Shown here piece by piece: positions 1 to 9,207 of a DNA stretch of 27,026 bases. Made by a program: the position numbers and the translations under genes. The stretch lies in contig JBHGNT010000416.1 in assembly GCA_043228905.1 (NCBI GenBank), positions 1 through 27,026 of the forward strand, read 5' to 3'. Origin of the DNA: Azolla caroliniana (taxonomy: Eukaryota > Plantae > Polypodiophyta). The notes beneath the pieces were generated by a model, which saw only the letters and a list, made by a program, of their open reading frames with translations, did not search any database and had not been told where the DNA came from. Position 1 is the first letter of the stretch, and every line of letters starts with the position of its first letter.

Positions 1-3000
1 AGCCCAGTAGCCGTAGGAGTCATTGATGGACATCCCATAGCATCAGGAGATATAGTCGAGGAGTCCGAGCCAATTAGGATAGTTCTTGGCAATTTGGCAA
101 GCATAATCTCTTTTAATATTATTCGTAGTCCGGATCACCCAATAGTTCTAGGTCTCCCCTGGTTTGAACTCCATAACCCGAAGATTGATTGGATGAAAAG
201 AACAATTGAGGAGACCCGGGAAAAAAGCACAAATCCTGCATCCCTCTCTCCTACATGTGCTAATAGATCCCCGGAGTTATCGCCCATCTCTTTACAACAG
301 TTGCGGGAGGAAGGGGGGAACGAGGCCATGTTCGTCTTCGCAATAATAGCAACTCCATCATCCACTTCACGTGAAGCGGATATTAAACTACCAGAGAAAT
401 ACAAGGAGTTTTCATATGTCTTTGATAAGGTGAAGGCCAATACATTGCCGGAGCATCGGCCATACAACTGCCCTATTGACTTACAACCAAGGAAAGAACC
501 TCCATGGGGCCCAATTTATAATCTCTCCCCTGTAGAGCTAGAGACTTTGCGGGAATATATTGATGAGAATCTGGCAAACGGATTCATTCGGCATTCTAGA
601 TCCCCTGCTGGTGCACCTATCTTCTTCGTTAAGAAGAAGAATGGGACTCTTCGGTTGGTCGTGGATTATCGAGGGCTAAACAAAGTGACTATCCGAAATA
701 GATATGCTCTACCATTAATCCCGAATCTTTTGGAACGTCTCAGTGGTGCAAAATATTTCACGAAGTTGGACCTTCGCGGAGCATATAATCTAGTTCGGAT
801 TCTCCTGGGGGATGAATGGAAGACAGCTTTCCGCACTCGCTATGGACATTTTGAGTATATAGTGATGCCATTTGGTCTCACAAATGCACCTGCTGTTTTC
901 CAACATATGGCGAACGATATTTTTCGAGATTTTCTTGATATCTTCACTATAGTTTACCTAGATGATATTTTAATCTACTCAAAGACCCAAGAGGAGCATG
1001 ATGAACATGTTCGTCAAGTACTGTGCCGACTCCGAGAATATGGTCTCTACGCAAAATTAGAAAAGTGTAGTTTCGGCCAGAATCAAGTGGAATTTTTGGG
1101 GTATGTTGTATCGTCAAATGGTATTGCTATGGACCCCACGAAGGTAAAAGCAATTTTAGAGTGGCAAACGCCCCTTTCAGTGCGTGATGTGCAATGTTTT
1201 CTCGGGTTTGCAAATTTTTATCGAAAATTTATTAAAGATTATTCCAAGGTTGTGCTTCCGCTTACTCAGCTCACACATAAAGATCAACCATTTATATGGA
1301 GTTCAGATGCAGTCGAGGCATTCGAAAGCTTAAAACGAGCATTTACAACGGCACCTATCTTAGCACATGTCGACCCAACAAAACGCTTCATCCTCGAAGC
1401 CGATGCATCCGATTTTGCACTAGGGAGTGTCCTCTCGCACACTGGAGATGATGGACAACTACACCCTGTCGCCTTTCATTCACGAAAGTTTGAAGCTGCA
1501 GAGATCAACTACGAGATCCATGACAAAGAGCTTCTTGCAATCGTGGATTCGTTTCAACAATGGCGACATTTCCTAGAAGGTTCTTCTCAGCAAATCATTG
1601 TCTACAATGATCATAAGAACCTGACTTATTTCCAAAATGCTCGAGTCTTGAGTCGGCGACAAGCCCGGTGGGCACAATTTTTGACTCACTTCGACTTTAT
1701 CATCATATATCGCCCTGGGATGCAACAAGGCAAAGCAGATGCTCTTTCTCGGCGCTCTTATATGGAACTTCGTCCAAGGGAACCTGCATTTGAGCATCAA
1801 AAACAAATCATTTTGGGTCCTAATCGATTACGATTAATGGTAGTTAACGCCATAACAACTCTTGAAAATTCCACTCTTCTTGATTCCATTCGAGATCATA
1901 TGGCCACTGATGATTTCGCCAAGGATGTTTTGGATCATATCGTCCCGGATCGTGCTTCTTGCTCACAGTCGAAAAATCCTCGTAATGACTATTGTCAGTT
2001 CTATTGGCATGATGGTTTTCTATTTCGACAAAATTTATTGTATGTTCCTGATGGTCCCCCACGGCTACAAGTTTTGCAACATTGCCATGACTCACCAATG
2101 CTTGGTCATTTTGGAGTTCACAAGACTCTAGAATTAATTTCTCGACGCTATTGGTGGCCTCGCCTTCGTCATTTTGTTGAGGAGTATGTTCGGAGTTGTG
2201 ATATATGTTGTCGATCAAAGAATCCTCGTCACCGACCCTATGGCTTACTACAACCACTTCCCATTCCGGAAACACCTTGGAAGTCTATATCCTTGGACTT
2301 CATTACTAATCTCCCAGTTTCAAAAGGTTTTGATGCAATTCTCACAATGGTTGATCGATTTACCAAAATGGCACATTTCTTGCCATGTACAAAGTCGATT
2401 ACTAGTCAAGAGACGGCTGATCTCGTTATGCGGGATGTATTTAAGCAACATGGTCTGCCGGATGATATTATTAGTGATCGTGGTCCACAATTTCATCTCA
2501 AAGTTTTGGAAGCACCTGTTCAAACTTCTCCACATTTCAGTTAAGCTTTCTTCGGGCTATCATCCTGAAACAAATGGCCAAACAAAGCGTACCAACCAGA
2601 CATTGGAACAATATCTTCGTTGTTTCATCAACTATCAACAAGATGATTGGGTTGCTTTTTTGCACTTGGCGGAATTCGCTTACAACAACTCAGCCCATTC
2701 TTCTACAGGATATTCCCCATTTTTCGCAAATACGAGTTGTCATCCTCAGTGGACGATGAATGCGCATCCAGAAGTTCCTATCAACCCTGCTGCCGAGGAT
2801 CGTCTTAGTCGCCTCCAAGAAATTCAAGCTAACATTCTCCACAATTTGCACGATGCTCAATTTACACAAAAGAGGCTTGCCGATCGTCATCGTCTAGACT
2901 CCTCAAAAAAGTTCCGCATTGGGGATCATGCATGGCTTCTCCAACACAACATCAAGACCACTCGACCTTGCAGTAAATTGGATTACCAATGTTTTGGCCC

Positions 3001-3403
3001 TTACATGATCACTGGTAAGATAAGTGATGTTGCATTTCGTCTTGACCTCCCTCCGCAAATGCATCTTCATCCGGTGTTTCATGTATCCCTTTTGGAACCT
3101 TATACTACAAGTTCAATTCCGGGCCGTCTTACGACACCCCCACCACCTGTCGAGTTCTTGGACGGGCCTGAATTTGAAGTTGTTGCCGTTCTCGATTCTA
3201 AAATCGTGCGCAACAAGCTGTATTACTTAGTCGATTGGCTAGGCTATACCCCCAATGATCGAACTTGGGAACTTGCCACAAATCTTTCCAATGTTGCAGA
3301 ACTCGTCAATGCATTTCATTGCCAATATCCTTGTAAACCAGGTCCTAATACAAACCCTACGACCCGTGAGACGTGTCGTCGAAGAAGGGGGATAGTGTCA
3401 TGA
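1..3403 (+). pseudogene. pol: Gypsy pol polyprotein (protease C-terminus, RT, RNase H, integrase, chromodomain), disrupted
   Basis: Frame is open from base 1 (VIDG..SG, IVLGLPW). Motifs: RT LRLVVDYRGLN, KLDLRGAY, MPFGLTNAP, YLDD (955-966); RNase H EADASD, DKELLAI; integrase H..GH/CxxC, SLDF, SDRG. An extra T at 2491-2493 shifts the frame into the 2174..3403 ORF (FISKFW, HPETNGQT, GPY, chromodomain). The catalytic Glu of the usual GQTER motif reads AAG/Lys at 2585-2587. Confidence 0.93.
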
Positions 3404-3592
3404 TAACAGTCACATCATGCATCGAAAGGATCATGACACTCACATTATGACTCGAAAAGATTTGAACCCACGACTTTGTTGTACACATGTCAAATCCTTA
3501 ACCATTGTATTAATATTCTTATATGTATAATCTCTAGAATATGAAATCTAATATCATAGGAATATTCTATATTACTCTACATTCTAGAATGA
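3396..3592 (+). repeat. Truncated 3' LTR (U3 part) of the chromovirus
   Basis: Starts TGTCA directly after the PPT and is AT-rich. No CA end; it is replaced abruptly by Copia RT sequence at ~3593. Confidence 0.8.
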
Positions 3593-3852
3593 CTCTACAG
3601 CCTCAAACAAGCACCCCATGCGTGGCACTCAAAGATCATGTAGTATCTTCATAAGATCAGATTTCGAATGTCAAAATCTCCTTGTACATCTGACATGAGT
3701 AAGATAGCCCGCTTGTCATCATCCTTTACGTGGATGATTTGGTCATCGGAGGAAAGGATCTCGCCGAGATTAACAAAGTCAAATCACTTCTCTCCGGCAG
3801 ATTCGAAATGAAAGACCTGCACGAGCTCCATTACTTCCTAGGCATTGAAGTA

Positions 3853-4913
3853 CAGTAACCATTTGGTTAAGTGTGTGCCCACTTAAGTGCACCATTCTAT
3901 TAAGTGCGCTTTTTTTATAGAGGTCAAAATCTTGATCAAAAAAATTACATTGTTCATGATGAAATTACATCAAACAAAATTAAAACTATGTTCCAAACAT
4001 TCAAAAAACAATAAAAGAAAGGAGTTTCTAACAAAAAAATAAAATAAAAGAATTTGTTACGTGATGGTGGGTGGGGTCTCCTGGAAATGCACAAAGAGAA
4101 ATGCAAGGAAAAAAGAACAAAATCTCAAAATTGGTCTCTCCCGTCGTAGTGTTTGTGTGCGTGTTATGTGTTGTATGTGTGTGTAGAACTGTGAGTAGGT
4201 AATTTTGATTCTCGTTAAAGAAAATAAACTTTCCTACTTAACCCAATTATCTATTTCCTTTTCCGTATTCATTCATTCTTAATTATGTTTCTTTCTTTCT
4301 CTCCCTCCCTCCCTCCCTCACTTTCTTAATTTTGTTTCTTTCTCTCCATCTCTCCTCCCGCCACCACCGCCGCCACCTCCTCCCGTCACCGCCTTCGTTC
4401 ATTCTTAATTTTCTCCTTCTTTCTTTCACTCCCTCCTCCCTCTCTTTCTCTTTCTGTACATCTCGTTTATTTTCTTTCTGTTCTAGCCTATGCTTTCTCC
4501 ATTGCTCCTCCTCTCTCTTTTTCGCTCTCCTCCATCTCCATCTCTACAACGATTCCTCAAACCTCCCACCATTAGGAAGAGAATGCAAAGAAAAATCTCA
4601 TCATATCCAAGGAAGTTCATTAGGTAGGCCTAGCAAAAAGGCAAAAACTCAAGGTAATATGGAATCGAGAAAAAGTGATATCCAACAAGAGTATGCTGAA
4701 ACCATAAACATTTTAGGTCAATTATATCACATAAATCAATCACTTTTCTAATGAAGAAACATATGATATGAACAGAGAAGGGCAAAATTTCAAGAAACCC
4801 TAAAAATTTTCAAAAAGCCCCAAAATTTTTCATAAAACCCCTAAATGCGCAGCTCGGTTAAGTGCGCACTTCACCCATGCGTTCAAAGTGCGAACTTAAC
4901 CGAATGGTTACTG
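3853..4913. mobile_element. Non-autonomous Tc1/mariner-superfamily (pogo-like) DNA transposon, 1061 bp
   Basis: 20-bp TIRs CAGTAACCATT[T/C]GGTTAAGT (19/20 match) and TA TSD at 3851-3852 and 4914-4915. Removing it restores the Copia RT frame YFLGIEV|IRTPVGIMISQ. No transposase ORF. Confidence 0.9.
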
Positions 4914-5872
4914 TAATTCGAACACCAGTCGGAATAATGATCTCTCAATGGCACTACGTTCTCAACTTGCTCTACAAGTTCGGAATGGCCGCATGCAAAC
5001 CTATCTCCACCCCACTTGATCGTAATCTCAAGATGGATGTCGATTCTAGCACAGCCGTGTGTGAGTCAACTCAGTATCGTCAACTGATCAACAGCTTAAT
5101 CTATCTCACCATTATGCGACCCGATCTCAGTTATTCGGTCGGCCTACTTAGCCAATTCATGCAGAATCCGCGAAACCTTCATCTCGATTGCACTAAGAGG
5201 ATACACAGACGCGGACTAGGCAAGATACAAAGCGGACAGACGATCCACATCTGGATTCATCTTCTCCCTTGACAGCGGAGAGATCTCTTGGAGTAGTAAG
5301 ACACAGTCGACAGTCGCACAGTCGAGCATAGAAGCCGAATACAGGGGCGCAACAATCGTCGCATGCAAAGCCGTATGGCTCAAGCACATACTTAAGGATC
5401 TGGGCGTTCCCATTACGGATCCAATTCGCCTCTTCTGCGACAACATGAGCAGCGTCTACCTCGTTCGGAACCCCATCTTCCACACACGGACTAAACACAT
5501 CGAAGTGCACTACCACTTCATCTGCGAGCGCGTACAAGCCGGAGATATCGATATGCAACATATCAATATGCACCTCCAAATTGTTGATATTTTTACGAAG
5601 GCCTTAGGAGTCGACAAGCTCGGGCAATTCGCATTGGATCTTGGTCTCGCGACATCCACATTGCCGAGCTTGAGGAGGAGTATTGCAAGTGACACATGCA
5701 CTATACGCAATTGATTGAGTACGCAACATGCAACGATACGTGAGTATGCAACACGAGCAAGAAGCCAAAAAGCCGAACAATCCAGTTCGAGGATTATGAA
5801 TGCCGGAAGCTGAATTCCGAAGACAGAACCGAAACAACTTTTCGACAAATGGAACTTGTGTTCGAAGGGGCG

Positions 5873-6062
5873 TGTTGAGGGTCGAACTCAACTTCCCACA
5901 GTAATAGGTTTCACACTAGCTCACGGTCATATCAGGCTAGTTTTGTAAATAGTAGAAAGGGCACTTGCCCTAGTTTAGTTGGTATTTAAACCAACCCCTT
6001 GTAACTTAGTTACCGTTGGAAGTATTTTGGTTAATGTAATATACATTCTTTTATCTTTGGCT

Positions 6063-6130
<68 letters not shown>

Positions 6131-6201
6131 GCCTTACGTGCACACACACACACAGTCCTTCCACTGCATCTTAGCCACTCTTGCTCCTCATTTTATTTAC
6201 A
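5873..6201 (+). repeat. Probable 3' LTR of the + strand Copia
   Basis: PPT-like GAAGGGGCG (5864-5872), then TGTTG...TTACA. TATA-like GTATTTAAA near 5982 and an internal (CT)n. An alternative start at 5681 is possible. Confidence 0.65.
6067..6126. repeat. (CT)30 microsatellite inside the Copia LTR
   Basis: Perfect dinucleotide run read directly. Confidence 0.95.
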
Positions 6202-6679
6202 AAGAAAATATGTTACATGCACAGGGCAGGGTTCAAACCCTGTACCTTTATGAAAACCCCAAAACTTACCGTTGTACTAACTCATCATGAGTGATATAAT
6301 TATAGATTTTGATATATACAATAGCTTATTCTCACATATATATTCTAGGAAACTTACTCATGCGTAATTAGTGTGCACTATAGTTAGAGAAAGCACGATG
6401 CTTGCCACGTGGGGAGATATACTTAGCCTCTACTATCACTATATAAGGGTGGGAGCAAAATGTAAAAGGGGTTGAATTCCTGGGGAATTATTAAGTTTCT
6501 AAATATTGATTAATCTAATACACTATACTCGTGAATTCACGAGTTTTCTTTCTCTCTCTCTCTCTCTCTTTCAATCTACTCATAATTTTATCCATCTTAA
6601 ACTCCTCCTCCTCCTCCTAGTCCAAAACCTCGGTGGTTCCACCCGATCATGCAACAATCTGGCACCATATGACACGACA
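6202..6679 (+). repeat. 5'-truncated LTR, same family as the solo LTR at 8189-8871
   Basis: Shares blocks with 8189-8871 (TGTTACATGCA.AGGGCA, CACTATATAAG, CTCCTCCTCCTAGTCCAAAACCTCGG). Ends CACGACA exactly where the - strand Copia integrase stops. Confidence 0.8.
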
Positions 6680-8188
6680 CCATTTGGCCACACTATTCTG
6701 CATCGCGGGGTGTGGGGAGTTGTCTGTTGGTGCCAGATCCCTTTTTCGGGCAGGTACTTCGCGAAGGCTGTAGAGATGTATTCTCCTCCGTTGTCTTAAT
6801 AGAAAATTTTCACCTTGTGGCCAGATCTGTTTTCGACTTCAATTATCCACTAAGCGAATGTTTCAAGCCCTTCGTCTTTGGATTGATAAATCCAAACCGT
6901 GCGTGTATAATCATCTATGAATGTGATGAAGTACCACACACCGCCTAGAGATCTTTGGGGCATTAGCTTGTAGATATCACTATGAAATAGCTCTAAGGGT
7001 ATTCATATCGTCTCGTGGTGAGTAGAGTGAGAACTTCGGGTCTTCTTCCCATATTGGCAGTGCTCGCAAAAGTCGAATTCCGAATGTTGAAGATTCGGCA
7101 TGTAGCCAAGTGTCGTAAGCCTTTCAAGCCCTGTTATGACATGTGGCCGAGTCACTTAAGCCACAATGACGATGTCGGCATCTCCGCTACGTTGAGTGAT
7201 CCCTCCCAACTATACATTGTGGGTGGGTACAAATTGTTGTACTTCACACCATGGTCTATGTGTAGATTTTCTTTCAAGATTTTCCATGAAGACTCTCTCA
7301 ATGTCGTCTTGTACCTATCTTCGGCCAACATGTCGATGAAGATTAAACTCCTTTGAAGATTGGACACGTGCCAGACTTGGTGTACGATGATTATGCTTCA
7401 TTCGACATCCAAATGGGTATTTCACATGTTCCAATGATCTTGTACTCTTGCGCATTTTCAAGTCAAATCGAGCCGACATTAGTCTCAAAGTTCGAAAACC
7501 ATTCTCTATGGGGGGTCACGTGAAAGGTGGCGCCCGAATCAAGCAACCATGTTTGTGTATCTTGACATGCACTATACATGACCTCATTGGTCAAGGAGCC
7601 TTCTAATGAAAGGACTTCTCCCGATAGTGATTCGGCGACATGGATTTGGTTGCTAGATGATGGCTGATTCAAGTCGAAAGAGCATGTATTCCGCTCAAAT
7701 CTTTAGCCTTCGCCCTTTTTGTTCAATGTCCAACAGTCGGCAATTTGGTGGTCGGCCTTCATGTAGTGTGTGTAATAGGCATTCAAAGGTGCATCTCTCG
7801 ACTTCGACCGTTGTCAATCGTTTCTCTTTCTTGGCATGCTTTGGTCGTAGTCGATTCTCTAAGCCATTCCCCAAAGAAGTGTGCTTCGACATTGTCATTG
7901 GTGAGTCCCATCGACTTTCTTCAAAGTTCTTCAGACAACACCACCTTGATCACTTCATCAAGTGTCAGGTTCGTCGAGTTATTGGTGATGGTGGTACAAA
8001 ACACTTCCCATCTCATGTGGAAGCTCGAAAGGAGTGCAAATGCCTTGATTTCTTCTTCAAAATTCAAGCCTTGCAAGGAGAGTTCGGTCAACACTTGACT
8101 AAAGGTGTTGGTATGGGAGGTTGTCGACTCTGACTCCCTCATCTTCATGTTGAACAACTGCCAAATCAAGATGAGTTTGGAGGAGCGT

Positions 8189-8871
8189 TGTCGTAGTGTA
8201 CTTTGTACACTACGTAAAATATGCGTGGAGTACCCGATTGACTTAAGTATAAAGAAATAAGAGAAAATACTATAATAATTATGTTACATGCATAGGGCAA
8301 GATTTGAACCCTGTACCTCCATGTTAGCGATTTTAAGCCTTACCATTGTACTAGCACATTATGAGTTTTAAAGTTATACTAAACTTTATCCTATGTAAAT
8401 ATTCTAGATAAGCATGATAGAAAAAGTTATTCATGCATACACACTCGAGTTAAATGAAAAGGTGTGATAGAAACCCAATCATGCACATGTAGTGTGCATG
8501 AACACTAGAGTTAGAAAAGGCATGATGCTTGCATGTGGTAAACTTAAACTCTCCCATCACTATATAAGGATGGGGGGAGCAAATTGTAAAGGGTTGTTGT
8601 CGATTTTGGGTTTTCTAAATATTGATTGAATTGATTATACTCGTGTGATTCACGATTTCCTATCTCTCTCTTCCAATCTATTGAAAGTTTGGGTTGATTT
8701 ATTGATATTCTTAATACTAATTATACTAATTCACTATACTCATGAAATTCACGAGGTTCCTACTTTTCTCTTTCATATTCTTATTAGCCTTAAACTTCTC
8801 CTCCTCCTAGTCCAAAACCTCGGCGATTTCCACCAGACTCACGTAACGATTCGGCACCGAAAGGCACAACA
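8189..8871 (+). mobile_element. Solo LTR (683 bp) inserted in the Copia gag
   Basis: TGTCGT...ACAACA termini with 4-bp TSD GCGT/ACGT. Removal restores the gag frame YEKKLRSSKLILIWQLF. TATA box CTATATAAG at 8560-8568. Confidence 0.82.
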
Positions 8872-9193
8872 ACGTAACTTCTTTTCATATACTGATTGAA
8901 GCTTCTCCCATAGGGCGAATGCAGTTGACTCTTTCACCATGTTGAAGTAGACATTTTTGTCCATATGCATTCGGATTGTCAATCTCGCGATCTCGTGATC
9001 TCGTCATGAAACCACCATTCTTCAGCTATCATTGTTGATGGTCGACTGTTGTGCCTGATCGCTTCGATCTTACGTCTAATGATCAACACATCCTGCATCA
9101 TCTCCTTCCATAAGGCAAAGAATTTGTCGTCGAAATTTCTGATCTCACAACCCTAAACCTCTTCTTATATCAACATTGCCTAGTTCCAAGATC

Positions 9194-9205
9194 GCTCTGA
9201 TACCA
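9194..9205 (-). other. Primer-binding site complementary to initiator tRNA-Met
   Basis: - strand reads TGGTATCAGAGC, 2 nt after the LTR end ...CATCA. Confidence 0.92.
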
Positions 9206-9207
9206 CT

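Larger units (their letters stand above)
1..3592 (+). mobile_element. Ty3/Gypsy chromovirus LTR retrotransposon (Tcn1-like): pol, PPT and truncated 3' LTR; 5' part outside the window
   Basis: Domain order PR-RT-RH-INT-chromodomain. PPT GAAGAAGGGGGATAG at 3381-3395 is followed by TGTCA at 3396. The clade call comes from motif recall and is not tree-based. Confidence 0.93.
3593..6201 (+). mobile_element. Ty1/Copia retrotransposon, degenerate 3' half (RT, RNase H, PPT, 3' LTR), interrupted by a DNA transposon
   Basis: LYSLKQAPHAW (3593-), ILYVDDL (YVDD 3727-3738), FEMKDL..YFLGIEV, RPDLSYSVG, GYTDAD*, RRSTSG, SWSSK, EAEY, CDNMS, RTKHIEVHYHF, DIFTKAL. Contains stops, frameshifts and a deletion. 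Confidence 0.92.

Noticed and set aside
2485-2500. Programmed ribosomal frameshift between the 816-aa and 409-aa ORFs
   Set aside because: It falls in the middle of the integrase core, a single extra T explains it, there is no canonical slippery heptamer, and the catalytic Glu is also mutated.
4332-4751. 139-aa ORF inside the pogo-like element
   Set aside because: Low-complexity translation of a CT-rich tract with no transposase motifs.
8290-8360. Functional tRNA genes at the A/B-box cassettes (also 3455-3512, 6228-6279, 16774-16832)
   Set aside because: No acceptor stem or convincing anticodon arm could be formed; only the promoter boxes are tRNA-like.
6202-8871. The two similar LTRs as the paired LTRs of one element enclosing 6680-8188
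   Set aside because: 8189-8871 has its own TSD and splits a Copia gag that continues in frame on both sides. The enclosed DNA is opposite-strand Copia, and the two LTRs differ by large indels.
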